Source: Squalus acanthias
Taxonomy: Eukaryota
NCBI GenBank assembly: GCA_030390025.1
Contig: CM059432.1
Location: forward strand, 61,630,001-61,694,000
Reading direction: 5' to 3'
Length of the DNA: 64,000 nucleotides
Part shown: positions 12,501-25,528 of the stretch, piece after piece
Layout: every line of letters starts with the position of its first letter
Numbering within the stretch: the stretch's first letter is position 1
The notes under the pieces: model-generated
The model's input: only the letters and a program-made list of their open reading frames with translations
The model's database searches: none
What the model was told of the DNA's origin: nothing
Translations under genes and position numbers: made by a program

Positions 12501-14091
12501 TCTATGTAATTAATTAAAAAAAATTATTGTTAGTTATGGACACTCTCTGCCCGATTATAGATGCAAGTATCCCCTCTAATTATTTGGATTTAAATTAAAT
12601 CAATCCCTCTAAATTACACCAGTTAAATGGTTTACCAACAGTCACTCTGCACCAGAAAGGCCTTATTAACTACAACCCGCAGAGTTAAAGTTTGAAAAGA
12701 ACACCCTACACCCCACTCACCCGAACTCACACTTACCCAAACTCAGCACTCTCTGCTGACTCTGCACTCTCTGCTGACTCAGTGCTTGCTCACACTAGCA
12801 CTAGTCTTTTTATACTGTTTGTTTGTTTACAGCCGAATGAGTCACCCCTGCTGATTGATTAGAAAACTGGTTTCCACTGCCTGCTGTGCCAATTTACTCC
12901 TACTGTAGTGTAACCTTGTTTTACTCTTCTTAAACCAACAGAATCCCAAATATTTAACTTTTCCCCTTCACTTAAACTGCTTAAGTACTCTTATCAAGAA
13001 TGATTTAAAGAGAACTAACAATTAAAGAACTCTCACTTACCCAAACTCAGCACTCTCTGCTGACTTGCACTTCTTAAAGCAGAGAAGGTTAAGGGGAGAT
13101 TTAATACAGATGATTAAAATTATGAAGGGTTTTGATAGTGTAAATAAGAAACTGTTCTACTGGCAGGAGGGTCAGTAACCAGAGGACACAGATTTTAGAG
13201 AATTGGCAAAATGAACCAGAGGGGAGATGAAAGGGTTTTTTTATGCAGCGAGTTGTTGTGACCTGGAATACACAGCCTGAAAGGGTAATGGGAAACAGAT
13301 TCAATAGTAACTTTCAAAAGGAAATTGAATATATACTTGAAAAGGAAAGAAATTGTAGGGCTATGGGGTAAGAGCGAGGGAGTGGAATAATTGGATAGCT
13401 CTTTCGAAGAGCTGGCACAGGCACGGGGGGCTGAATGGCCTCCTTCTGTTCTGCATGAGTCCAGGAAAATAAAATTCACTGAGCCTGTTTTGCGCTACTG
13501 GTGAAAACTAATTTCACCCCCTTAATGTTTTACAGCATATCTTACTTATTCTCTGCTGTATCTCTAAGTGTGTGCATATTAATAAAAAAAATTCTGTAAT
13601 TATACTTATCTTGTATCTATACAGTGCAAGCAATCTGTTATGTATTATATCAAATAGAGATTGTAATACAAAATGCAGGTTTACTATCCAAGTTCTAAAA
13701 GTGCACTATGTTCTTTAAAGTAATGTTGTTGATAGAAGTCCAATTCTAATGTTCTGTTCCTGTAATCCTTTGAGAAAATCCCTCCATTAGTGTCTGCTTA
13801 GCCGAGCTAATCCTATCTGACTACACTTTGTTTTTTAAACCAGCTTCCGGATTCCTTTAAGGCCTTCAATATCAACTCTCTCTGATGATCCGAACAGTTG
13901 AGCAAACTCTCTAGTGTTTTGTTTCCACCTCATGCAGTGGCATTTGGGATACGGTGGTTTATAATGATCCTTTGAGGAGTCACATTCATTTGTGCTGCCC
14001 GAATCATCTGGTGGTATTTAATTGCCAGTGTTCAGAATCTGATCATCTAAACATATGTTCTCAAAACTCTTTCCATTCCCCAATATCTCAT

Positions 14092-14145
14092 CCTCACAGA
14101 TGCTACCTGACCTACTGAGTGATTCCTGCATTTTCTGTTTTTATT
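14092..14145 (+). mobile_element. Short decayed PLE terminal-repeat fragment
   Basis: CACAGATGCTACCTGACCTACTGAGT...CATTTTCTGTTTTTATT matches the PLE 3' ends at 15738-15790 (-) and 31081-31122 (+). Confidence 0.65.
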
Positions 14146-14924
14146 ACCCCACTATCTCATAGTGGGAAGCAACAGTCATTAGAGCCTCCAGAACCTGTAG
14201 TTCTCACACCTAACTTTTGAATTCTTACAGTACAAGTACAGTAGCAGCGATCTCTTTGGTGACAATGAAGGGTAATTGTCAAACAGTCGAGGTAACTTGT
14301 ACAAAATTACTGATTCCTTATTTGAGGACACTGCCGGAGGCCATGTTCTTCCTGCTGTTGTATTATGAACTACTTCAACCAAGCATATATTTTTGGCATC
14401 ATTGTGCTTTTATGTGGACCATTTTATATTTGAACCAGCCTGAATCAGAAATAAAACTTTGTTCACTCTAATATTACTGAAACGCAGCCATGATCATATT
14501 GAATGGCGGAGCAGGCTCGAAGGGCCGAATGGCCTACTCCTGATCCTATTTTTCTGTTTCTGTGTTTCAAACACTGCTGCCAGATCTTTAGGTTTCAAAA
14601 CTCTGTTGATTGTTTTCATCTACCAGTCAATTTTCTTTTGACTTCAAAGACGTTACTTACTGTTGATATTTGAACTGATCTTCTGGAAGCGATTTTTGAC
14701 TTGCTACCACTTCAATTTTGGGCAGTAGAGAGATGGTAAAGGTATGGAGATCCAGCAGTAACTTCGGCAGGACAGTTAAAAAAAACTCCAGAGAAACAAA
14801 AACCGCATAAACACCATTTTTCAGGGGTTTCTGTGGTTCTTCCGCCAAAGTTACAGCAGACAAGCAGGAGAACCTCTGCAGAAATTCACCCTCACAATGT
14901 TGGCCGGATAACCTCCATCCATCA

Positions 14925-15290
14925 ACCGAGTAACTCCCTCAAAAGTTCAACCAGTTTGGTGAGACAAGACCTTCTTCTCCAGAAGCCATGTTGAGATTCT
15001 TTAATAACCCCTTCTCTGTCAAGTGTATCTTTAGCAACTTGCCTATAACCAAAATCAGATTAATGGGCAGGTAATTTCCTAGTTCTGATTTATTGCCCTT
15101 TTTAAATATTGGCACCACAGGATCCTCTTTCATGTCCATGGGAGCAATTTCAGACTCCAGCAAGCTGTTAAATTGCTCACCTGATGGTTGGTAACTCAGT
15201 ATCATCTTCGTTAGTAAAGACTGATGCAAAGTAACTATTTTAAACCTCAGCCATATTTGGGAGTCCATCTAGATCTGCCCTGTAGAATCT
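14925..15290 (-). mobile_element. Old CR1 RT fragment
   Basis: ORF 14939..15268 contains VVPIFKKGNKSELGNYLPINL. Confidence 0.7.
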
Positions 15291-15737
15291 GTCAATGAGA
15301 AGTTTAGGTGCGCTAAGGCTAGAAAAGGTGGAGACAATCATCAGAGCGCTGGCAAGGGGAGAGGAAACATATTTGAACCAGGGAGTGGAGAAATAATGGC
15401 TAACTTCCATGATCCTATGGGTTGAAGAATTCTGTTATAATGTTGTTGCCCAATCACTGACCCATGTTCCCTTTGAGCACAGTTTTCCCATTGGGAGAGG
15501 AGGAATGTAGAATTTATTCTAATCGGAATCTAGTGTCTGATTCCTAGAAAAAAGAAACAATGAGATATGGATTGGAACCCTAATTCAACGTATGCATCCA
15601 AGGCTACTGTGAAACTGTGAATGTAATTCATTGCATTATACTGGTAGCTGGTGCTGTTAACCCATTCACGTATGTTAATTGTACTAAAAGTTAACATTCT
15701 GAAATCTGTTATATAATACTATCAGAGCTCCCATGGT

Positions 15738-18700
15738 ATAAAAACAGAAAATGCTGGAAATACTCAGCAGGTCAGGCAGCATCTGTGGAGAGATAAAAAG
15801 AGTTAACATTTCAGGTCGATGACCCTTCGTCAGAACTGGAAAAAGTTGGAGATGGAACAGGTTTTTAAGCAAGTGTAGGGGCAGGGAAAGGGGGGAGGGG
15901 AGGAAAGAACAAAAGGGAAGGTCAGTGATAGCATGGAAGGCAGGAGAGATTAAATGACAAAAGGGATGATGGTGCAAGGCAAAAGGAGATGGTAATGGGA
16001 CAAGTTAAGAAACAAAAGATTACTCTAGATGAAGTGTAAATGGCAATGGCAGAATGATCGACAGCTGCCATGTGAGAGAAAACAAAATGAAAAAAAAGAT
16101 GGGGGCAGAGATTATGGTCTGAAGTTGTAAAACTCGATGTTGAGTCCAGAAGGTTGTAAAGTGCCTCATCAAAAGATGAGGTGCTGTTCCTCGAGCTTAC
16201 GTCGAGCTTCATTGGAACAGTGTAAGAGGCCGAGGACGGAGAGGTCAGAGTGGGAGTGGAGCGGAGAATTAAAGTGACAGGCGACCGAAAGCTTGGGGTC
16301 ACCCTTACGGACTGAACGGAGGTGTTCCGCAAAGCGGTCACCCAATCTGTGTTTGGTCTCCCCAATGTACAAGTAAATTGTTGTTTCACCTGGAAGGAGT
16401 GTTTGGGGCCTTGGACAGTGGGAAGGGAGGAGGTAAAAGGGCATGTGTTGCATCTCCTTCGCTTGCACATGAAGGTGCCAGGGGAAGGGGTGTTGTGGGT
16501 GATAGAGGAGTGGACCAGGGTGTCGCTGAGGGAGCGGTCCCTTCGGAATGCTGAAAGGGGAGGTGAGGGGAAGATGTGTTTGGTGGTGGGATCACGCTGG
16601 AGGTGGCGGAAATGGCGGAGGATGATCCGCTGAATGTGGAGGCTGGTGGGGTGAAAGGTGAGGACAAGGGGAACCCTATCATGGTTCCGGGAGGGAGGGG
16701 AAGGGGTGAGAGCAGAAGTGTGGGAAATAGAACGGACACGGTCAAGGGCCGTGTCAACCACAGTGGAGAGGAATCTTCGGTTGAGGAAAAAGGAAGACAC
16801 GTCGGAAGCACTGGTATGGAAGGTGGCATCGCCAGAACTGATGCGGCGGAGACGGAGAAACTGGGAGAATGGAATCGTGTCCTTACAAGAAGTGGGGTGG
16901 GAGGAAGTGTAGTCCAGGTAGCTGTGAGAGTCAGTGGGCTTATAGTGAATGTTTGTCAATAGCCTATCCTCAGAGATGGAGACAGAGAAGTCGAGGAAGG
17001 GAAGGGAAGAGTCGGAGATGGACCATGTGAAGATGAGGGAAGGGCGGAAATTGGAAGCAAAGTGAATGAAATTTTCTAGTTCAGGGCGAGAGCAGGATAC
17101 GGCACTGATACAGTCATCAATGCACCAGAAAAAGAGGTGAGGGAGGGGACCTGAGTAGGACTGGAACAAAGAATGTTCCACATATCCCACGAAAAGGCAG
17201 GCATAGCTAGGACCCATGCGGGTTCCCATAGCAACACCTTTAATTTGGAGGAAGTGAGTGGAGCCAAAGGAGAAGTTGTTCAATGTGAGAACAAGTTCAG
17301 CCAGGCGAAGGAGGGTGGTGGTGGAAGGGGACTGGTTGGGCCTCTGTTCAAGGAAGAAGCGGAGCGCCCTCAGGCCATCCTGGTGGGGGATGGAGGTGTA
17401 GGGGGATTGGACGTCCATAGTGAAAAGGAGACGGTTGGGGCCTGGAAACTGTTAAAGTGGCGGAGAGTGTCGGAAGAGTCACGGATGTAGGTGGGAAGAG
17501 ACTGGACAAGGGGAGAAAAAATAGAGTTGAGATAGGAAGAGATAAGTTCCGTGGGGCAAGAACAGGCTAAAACGATGGGTCTACCAGGGCAGTCCTGTTT
17601 GTGGATCTTGGGAAGGAGGTAGAAGCGGGCTGTGCGGGGTTGGGGAACTATGAGGTTGGCGGCCGTGGAGGGAAGATCTCCAGAGGAGATGAGGTCAGTG
17701 ACAGTCTTGGAAACGGTGGCTTGATGTTCGGTAGTGGGGTCATGGTCCAGGGGGAGGTAGTTGGAGGTGTCGGAGAGTTGGCGTTCAGCCTCCGTACGGT
17801 AGAGGTCAGTTCGCCAAACAACAACAGCGCCACCCTTGTCAGCAGGTTTAATGACAATGTTGGGGTTGAATCTGAGAGAATGGAGTGCTGCAAGTTCAGA
17901 GGGAGGTAGGTTGGAGTGGGTGAGGGGAGCAGAGAAATTGAGACGGCCGATGTCATGCCGCCAGTTTGCAATAAAAAGATCTAGAGAGGTTAAGAAGCCA
18001 GAGGGAGGGGTCCAGGCAGAACAAGAATTCTGAAAATGGGAGAAAGGGTCCGCTGTGCAGGTGGAAGACTGCTGGCCAAAGAAGTGGGCACGGAGATGAA
18101 GGCGACAGAAAAAGAGCTCTGTGTTGTGCCAAGCTCGAAATTCATTGAGGTGGGGGCGTAAAGGGATGAAGCTCAGGCCTTTGCTGAGGACTGATCGTTC
18201 GGGGTCAGAGAGGGGAAGGTCAGAGGGGATAGTGAAAACACGGCAGGGGGTGAGATTGGAAGAAGGGATGGGGTCAGAGGAGAGTGAAGAGGAGGAAGGT
18301 TCCGGGGGGGCGTTGGTGTCCAAGAGTTGTTGAAGCTTGCGATCCTTCACTTCTGAAAGGAAGAAAAAAACTTTTTTGTTAAAGCGCCGGATGAGGCGAA
18401 GGGTGAAATGGAACTGCGGACCAGGACAGCTTTGAGATAGAGTGAGTCGGTGCTGCTGAAGAGAGAGGTCGAGCGTGTTCATGTGGCGACGCATGGCATT
18501 CAGCGTGGATCTCAGGATAGGGCGAGAGCAGTGGTTTGAGGAACGCTGAATATCTCGGTGATATCTGTAATCCTGGGTGGATACCTCCTATAATGTTTGA
18601 CTGAACGGGGGGGGGAGATTTGATGCATCTCATTGGAAGCAGTTTTCACTCCAATTACATGTTCTGAACTCTCCATAGTTAACAGTTATCCCAGCAGCTG

Positions 18701-19233
18701 TTTACTGTACGGGTTCTAGCTTACCACCGCTTTCTCCCGCCTCTCCCCGCTGTCAATGGCTGCACAAATAGGCGTGCTTTGGAGAGGGCGGTAAGAGGAG
18801 CGATGAGCTTCAAAATGGATAAGCGTGCATCAATTTGGCATTGCATGCTGATTGATGTCACATTCCTGCTAATTAAAACACTTGCCGACAGCGCAGGTAA
18901 TGGCAGCGCTGCCAACCTGCCGAAAATGGCAGCCACCGCGGGACCCACTGGTAGTGAGGTGGCCGCCATTTTTTCACCAAAACGGGCCTTAATGGCCAGC
19001 GCAAACACCTCCAATTTGTAGGCCAGTATCTCTGCTCTCGCTGCATAGAAAAGAGAGAGAGGGAGATAGTGGACCCACTTTGGGGAAATCCAATGCTTCT
19101 GTCTCAACAATGAAGGGAAGGGATGAGTCGGAGATGGACCATGTGAAGGTGAGGGAAGGGTGGAAATTGGAAGCAAAGTGAATGCGTTTGGTCTCCCCAA
19201 TGCAGAGGAGCGAAAACAGTCTACTAAATTGTA
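15738..19233 (-). mobile_element. Penelope-like retroelement (Neptune-type) composite insertion with a 14-bp TSD; disrupted RT and GIY-YIG endonuclease
   Basis: KGLSFIP, KPADKGGAVVV, YLLPKIHK, GRPIV, GVAMGTRMGPSYA, YKPTD, CxxxRCxTC and YIGETKHRLGDRFAEH. AGAGCTCCCATGGT occurs at 15724-15737 and 19234-19247. Confidence 0.92.
15801..15837 (-). ncRNA. Minimal type I hammerhead ribozyme motif in the PLE terminal repeat (C>T change in stem III)
   Basis: Minus strand reads AGTT-CTGACGA-A-GGGTC-ATC-GACCT-GAAA-TG-TT-AACT. Confidence 0.7.
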
Positions 19234-20228
19234 AGAGCTCCCATGGTGTTGCTCATGGTGAGACAGTGGACCTGCTGTTTTATAACAGGAACTTTATACC
19301 AAGTAGTGCACAATGTGCTAAAGTGCAATTTTGTGTGTCCCCTTTAAGACCACCAAGTGTAATTGCTGTAGCTTACTGGATAAAATAGAGGCTAACTGTT
19401 CTCACACAGTTCCTCACTTCACCTCCAGGTTCCATTTTGTTTTAAGTGTAAAGCCTGAATTCAGTTAAAAGGTATTTTCTGTTGCCCAAATTTCTCTGTA
19501 CATTGGAAATGATTAGCTCACTTTTTTTGAGTGTGGAACAGAAAGTTGCATGTGTGCCAATGTGACACCAGAAGTGTTGTGGAGGTGTCTCTAATTTTTA
19601 TTAGTATACATTGTGTTAATTTATTATATATTAGAAATATAATTATATTTGATTAAACTAAGAAAAAACAATGATTCTAATTTTCCCCTGAATTAAATCT
19701 GTCCTGCTATCCCAAGTAAACATCTCCACAAGTGGCACTAATCCTTTCTTGCAATCAGTTTTCACTTCCTGCCCAAGCAATTTGGTGGAGACTAACAAAT
19801 TCTCTCCTCAGGGAAAGTGACTGCAAATGTCTCATTTACAAAGTCAAAGTGTTTTGTGTTTGTTTTGTCGGTGAACAGCATTTAAAAAATCCCAAAATGT
19901 ATTTGTGCAAAACTCATTAAGTGTGCAAAATTGGAGTCTGCAAAACTGCAGTCTCCAAGCTTAACAACCAGGGTACATTAGTAAAACATCAGCCTCTCGC
20001 CAACTTAATGGAATGTTGGCACAAAAATAATACAAAGAAGAACACTCTGTAAATACTTTACATGGTGCTCATATCGCTTCTCAAAACAAACACTACTGGA
20101 TACAGAAAGTTCTGGATGTGGAATGTGCTTTTGAATGTTAAAATGTACTTTTTGTAGATTTACATTGAAAAGTGAATATGAACAGTCAGATTAATGTGGA
20201 TTTTGGATAAAATTATGCCAGATTCAGT

Positions 20229-22723
20229 ATCATAGAATCATAGACTGGTTACAGCATGGAAGGAGGCCATTCGGCCCGTCAAGCCCGTGCCGGCTCTCTG
20301 CAAGAGCATTTCAGCTCGTCCCTCTCCCCCACCCTTTCCCCGTAGCCCTGCAAATTTCTTTCCTTCAGATAATTATCCAACTCCCTTTTGAAAGCCGTGA
20401 TTGAATCTGCTTCCACCACCCTTTCAGGCAGTGCATTCCAGATCATAACCACTCGCTGCGTAAAAAAGTTTTTCTTACGTCGCCTTTGGTTCTTTTGCCA
20501 ATCACCTTAAATCTGTGTCCTCTGGTTCTTAACCCTTCTGCCAATGGGAACAGTTTCTCTCTATCTACTCTGTCCAGACCCCTCATGATTTTGAACACCT
20601 CTATCAAATCTCCTCAATCTTCTCTGCTCCAAGGAGAACAACCCCAGCTTCTCCAGTCTGTCAAAGTAACTGAAGTCCCTCATTCCTGGAATCATTCTTG
20701 TAAATCTTTTCTGCACCATCTCTAAGGCCTTCACATCCTTCCTTGAGTGTGGTGCCCAGAATTGGACCCAGTACTCCAGTTGGGGCTGAACCAGTGTTTT
20801 ATACAGGTTCATCACAATTTCCACACTTTTATACTCTATACCTCTTCTCTATTCATGCAGCCCAGGATCCCGTAAGCCATTTTAACTGCTTTCTCAACCT
20901 GCCCTGCCACCTTCAACGATTTGTGCACACATACCCCCGGTCTTTCTGTTCGTGCACCTGCTTCAGGATTGTACCATTTAGTTTATATGTCCTCTCCTCA
21001 TTCTTTCTACCAAAATGTATCACTTCACACTTTTCTGTACCACTCATCTGCAATGTGTCCACCCATTTCACCAGCCTGTCTATGTCTTCCTGAAGTCTAT
21101 CACTCTCCTCCTCACTGTTCACTATACTTCCAAGTTTTGTGTCATCTGCAAATTTTGAAATTGTGCCCTGTGCACCCATGTCCAAGTCATTAATATATAT
21201 CAAGAAAATCAGTGGTCCTAGTACCGACCCCTGGGGAACACCACTGTATACCTTCCTCCAGTCCGAAAAACAACCGTTCACCACTACTCTCTGTTTCCTA
21301 TCACTTAGCCAATTCCGTATTCATGTTGCTACTGTCCCTTTTATTCCATGGGCTTCAACTTTGCTGGCAAGCCTATTATGTGGCACTTTGTCAAACGCCT
21401 TTTGGAAGTCCATGTACACTACGTCACCTCCATTACCCTCATCAACCCTCTCTGTTGCCTCATCAAAGAACTCGATCAAGTTAGTTCAACACGATTTGCC
21501 TTTAACAAATCCGTGCTGGCTTTCCTTAATTAATCCACACTTGTCCAAATGACTGTTAATTTTGTCCCTGATTACTGCTTCTAAAAGCTTCCCCACTACC
21601 GAGGTCAAACTGACTGGCCTGCAGTTGCTGGGTTTATCTTTACACCCATTTTTGAACAATGGTGTAACATTTGCAATTCTCCAGTCCTCTGGCACCACCC
21701 CCGTATCTAAGGAGGATTGGAATATTATGGCCAGTACCTCCCTCAATTCCCTCAGCATCCTAGGATGCATCCCATCCGCTCCTGGTGACTTATCTACTTT
21801 AAGTACAGCCAGCCTTTCTAATACCTCCTCTTTTATCAATTTTTATCCTATCAAGTATCTCCACTACCTCCTCCATTATTATGTCTATGGCAGCATCCTC
21901 TTCCTTGGTGAAGACAGATGCAAAGTACTCGTTTAGTACCTCAGCCATACCCTCTGCCTCCATGCATAGGTCTCCTTTTTGGTCCCTAATTGGCCCCACC
22001 CCTCCTCTTACTACTCTTTTACTATTTATATGCATATGGAAGACTTTTGGATTACCTTTTATGTTGACTGCCATTCTATTCTCATACCCTCTCTTTGCTC
22101 CTCTTATTTTCTTTTTCACTCCTCCTCTGACATTTCTATATATAGCCTGATTTTCAGATGTATTTGCAACCTGACATCTGTCATTCGCGCTCTTTTTCTG
22201 CTGCTTCATGTTCTCTATCTCTTTTGTCATCCAGGGAGCCCTGACTTTAGTTGCCCTGCCTTTCCCCCTAGTGGGAATGTACCTCAACTGTACCTGAACT
22301 ATTTCCTCTTTAAAGGCAGCCCATTGTTCTATTACAGTTTTGCCTGCCAATCTTTAATTCCAGTTTACCCGTTCTCATCCCACTGAAATTGGCCTTCCCC
22401 CAGTTAAACATTTTTACTCTAGGTTGCTCCCTGTCCTTTTCCATAGCTAATCTAAACCTTATGATACTATGATCACTGTTCCCTAAATGTTCACCGACTG
22501 ACACTTGCTCCACTTGACCTACCTCATTCCCCAGAACCAGATCCAGCAATGCCTCCTCCCTCATCGGGCCAGAAACAAACTGATCAAGAAAGTTCTCCTG
22601 AACACACTTCAGAAGTTCTTCCCCTTCTCTGCCCTTTACACTATTACGATCCCAGTCTACATTAGGATAGTTGAAGTCCCCCGTTATTACTACTCTATAG
22701 TTCTTGCACCTCTCTGTAATTTC
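20229..22723 (-). mobile_element. 5'-truncated CR1 LINE (second subfamily, TTCTATGA tail)
   Basis: ORF pieces [34 protein letters not shown] and FADDTK; ATCATAGAATCATAGA tail. Confidence 0.92.
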
Positions 22724-22861
22724 TGGAGGGCGGTGATATTACAGAGAGGGCAAAGTGTAAAAATAAAGGTCTGCTCAACTGATTCTACTGGGGGCTGAGT
22801 AGACAAAGGTTTTGTTTTCCTCTTTAAAAAAAACAACAAACTGCTTTGAGTTTTACCAGGA

Positions 22862-23345
22862 TAGCAGGCTTCCCCCAGGTGCAGGGCATAATTGACTGCA
22901 CTCACAGCCTTGTTTGCTCCATGTTAAGAATCTGAAGTATACATGAACAGGAAGGGCTTGCACTCACTCGATGTTCAGCTGGTGTGTGACAATAGGCAAT
23001 GCATCATGTATGTATGCCCGGTTTCCTGGCAGTTGTCATGATACCTATATCTTGCGGCAGTCCTCAAACCCCCGTCTCTTCCACCCAGACCATTGATTGT
23101 CAGGCTGCTGCTTTGAGTCAAGGGATATTCACCTGAGCACGTGGCTCATGATACCTGTTGGGAACCCAACCACAGAGGGAGAGGAGCCATGTCTCTACCA
23201 GAGCTCTGATTGAGCAAACCTTGGCATCCTGAATTAGAGGTTCTGCTGCTTAGATTGGTCTGCAGGCGTCCTGCAATAAAGGCCTGAGAGAATGTCCAGA
23301 TTCATTGTAGTTTCCTGCATGCTCCATTACTGTGCCCTGCAAAGG
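22862..23345 (+). pseudogene. Decayed PIF/Harbinger DDE transposase (HARBI1-like)
   Basis: Across frameshifts and stops: GFPQVQGIIDCTH, MNRKGLHSLDVQLVCD, RFPGSCHD, ALIEQTLGIL, RFCCLDWSAGVLQ and RFIVVSCMLH. Confidence 0.85.
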
Positions 23346-23641
23346 GGGAAACCCCGAGAGCCATCTGGGAAGAAAGAAGTGGTGCAGGAGCAGGAGAAAC
23401 AGCAGGATACCGAAGAAGAGCAAGGGCCACCAATCCTGCCAGCTGCCAGAGCTTTACAACACCAAATCATCAAGGGCGTGTTGGTTGAATCAACCCTCAC
23501 TACCCACCCACCACCCCCGCCCACTGGATTTGCAGTTCCTCCTACCATCAGACGCAGTCCTTATACACTCCAGAGAATTCCCTCAACTTCAACACCAGCA
23601 TGGCTTTGTTATCACTTCACTAGGCATGGTCAATCAGACAC

Positions 23642-24205
23642 TACTCCCCAAAGCCTTTCCACCATTTACAAGGCACAAGTAAGGAGTGTGATGGAATACT
23701 CTCCACTTGCCTGGATGAGTGCAGCTCCAACAGCACACAAGAAGCTCGACACCATCCAGGACAAAGCAGCCCGCTTGATTGGCACCCCATCCACCACCTT
23801 AAACATTCACTCCCTCCAGCACCAGCGTACCGTGGCTGCAGTGTGTACCATCTACAAGATGCACTGCAGCAACTCGCCAAAGGCTTCTTCAGCAGCACCT
23901 CCCAAACCCGCGACCTCTGCCACCTAGAAGGACGAGCAGCAGGCGCATGGGAACACCACCATCTCCAAGTTCCCCTCCAAGTCACACACCATCCTGACTT
24001 AGAAGTATATTGCCAATCCCTCATCGTCGCTGGGTCAAAATCCTGGAACTCCCTCCCTAACAGCACTGCCGGAGTACCTTCACCACACGGACTGCAGCAA
24101 TTGAAGAAGGTGGCTCACCACCACCTTCTCAAGGGCAATTAGGGATGGGCAATAAATGCTGGCCTTGCCAGCGATGCCCACATCCCAAAAACGAATTTAA
24201 AAAAA
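23642..24205 (+). mobile_element. 3' fragment of an RTE/RTEX-like LINE
   Basis: IYKAQVRSVMEYSPLAWM. Near-identical to 53073-53634, with a 3' stem-loop and A-rich tail. Confidence 0.85.
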
Positions 24206-25080
24206 ACACCACTGCACACCAAGAAACAGCTATTCATTTTAAAACTGGGAACAAATAAGTTGAAAACTAAAGGTTACTCTTGTGCAAACCCTTAGTGCCT
24301 GTCTTAAGTGCTCTTTTACCTAATCTGGTGTTCTTAGAAGGTGCTACTCCAGTGGCTACAACATGGAAGGTGGAAGGCCGCTGATTATCCACTGAAGGAC
24401 TTAGAGGGCCCAGCTGCAGATTGCGGTGGCTGGAGCAGTCGCACCAACACAGGCACTGGTGGGGGAGCAGGTGTGCTGTCCTCCTGAGAGAGGACAGCAT
24501 GTGACTCTCTCATGGCACCACTGCCACTCGCATGGGTCCCATGCACTGTGCGTAGATGTGACCTCACGCTCCACATTTGACTGCATTGTTTCCATGGCCT
24601 TCGTGATGATCCCACATAAGTTGGAGGTAGATCCCTGCACATTGCCTGACATTGTGCGCAGGCTCGTGAGCAGACAGTCCAGTGCACTGTGACAATAGTG
24701 ACGCACAGCTGTTAGTCTTCTGTGGGCTGATTCCTTGAAGTCAATATCTGTGCCCTTTGCAGCTGGTTCTTGGGCCATCCTACTGCTCCTACGCACTTGT
24801 GTTCAGTGGATCTCCCAGTGCAGACTCCTCAAACTGACCCTCTAAACTACGTGGGGTGCCAGTTTCTAAGCTGGTACCTGCAACGGTAAGGTCAAGTGAC
24901 TGTATGTCTTCAGGAAGTCTGTTATCCTCTTCCTCTGCTGCAGCTGGCCCTATTACTTGTAATGGGCCTGGAAAGAGGAGAGAGGGACAAGGGTTAGCAG
25001 TTAGTGGCAAGGGTTAGCAGAGCCAGATGAGTAGCAGCTCAAAGCAGCACCACTTTGTCATGTAGAGTGTGTGAGGGAGC
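24206..25080. mobile_element. Probable continuation of the Harbinger element (accessory ORF region)
   Basis: Follows the transposase remnant once the LINE insert is removed; decayed coding-like sequence without a diagnostic motif. Confidence 0.35.
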
Positions 25081-25528
25081 GAGTTCAGTGAGAAGATAAA
25101 AGGAGGATAAGGTGACCAAACTCCCTACGGAGCATATCCTCCCAGAATGCTGAGAGAGATTGGGGAGAGATTTGTGAGGCACTGACAATCATTATGAGGG
25201 AGTCACTGTACGTTGGGGAGGTACCAGAAGATTCGAAAAAGGCTAATGTGGTTCCCATATTCAAAACGGGTGACAAAATAGACCCGGGCAACTGCAAAGC
25301 CATTAGTGTTACTTCCATTCCATTTGTTAAATTATGTAATTGATTATCAAGAGTAAACCAATACAACAATGACCTGGATAACAGCAGTCAGCATAGATAA
25401 GAAAAAGGAAGAAAGAAGAATTAAAATGAGTAAATAAATCATTACAAGTCAAGTTAGAAAAGGGAAGATACTGCCTGACCAAGCTACTTTACCTCTCTGA
25501 GGAAGTAACAACCTAAGTGATCTGATGT

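Larger units (their letters stand above)
8327..13071 (-). mobile_element. Full-length CR1 LINE (5' UTR, ORF1, ORF2, 3' tail), inserted in an older CR1 3' fragment (8195-8326 and 13072-13455, +)
   Basis: (TTCTTATG)n tail at ~8327-8350, RT and APE-endonuclease ORF pieces, ORF1 and ~570 bp of 5' UTR. The flanks rejoin as CR1 sequence. Confidence 0.93.
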
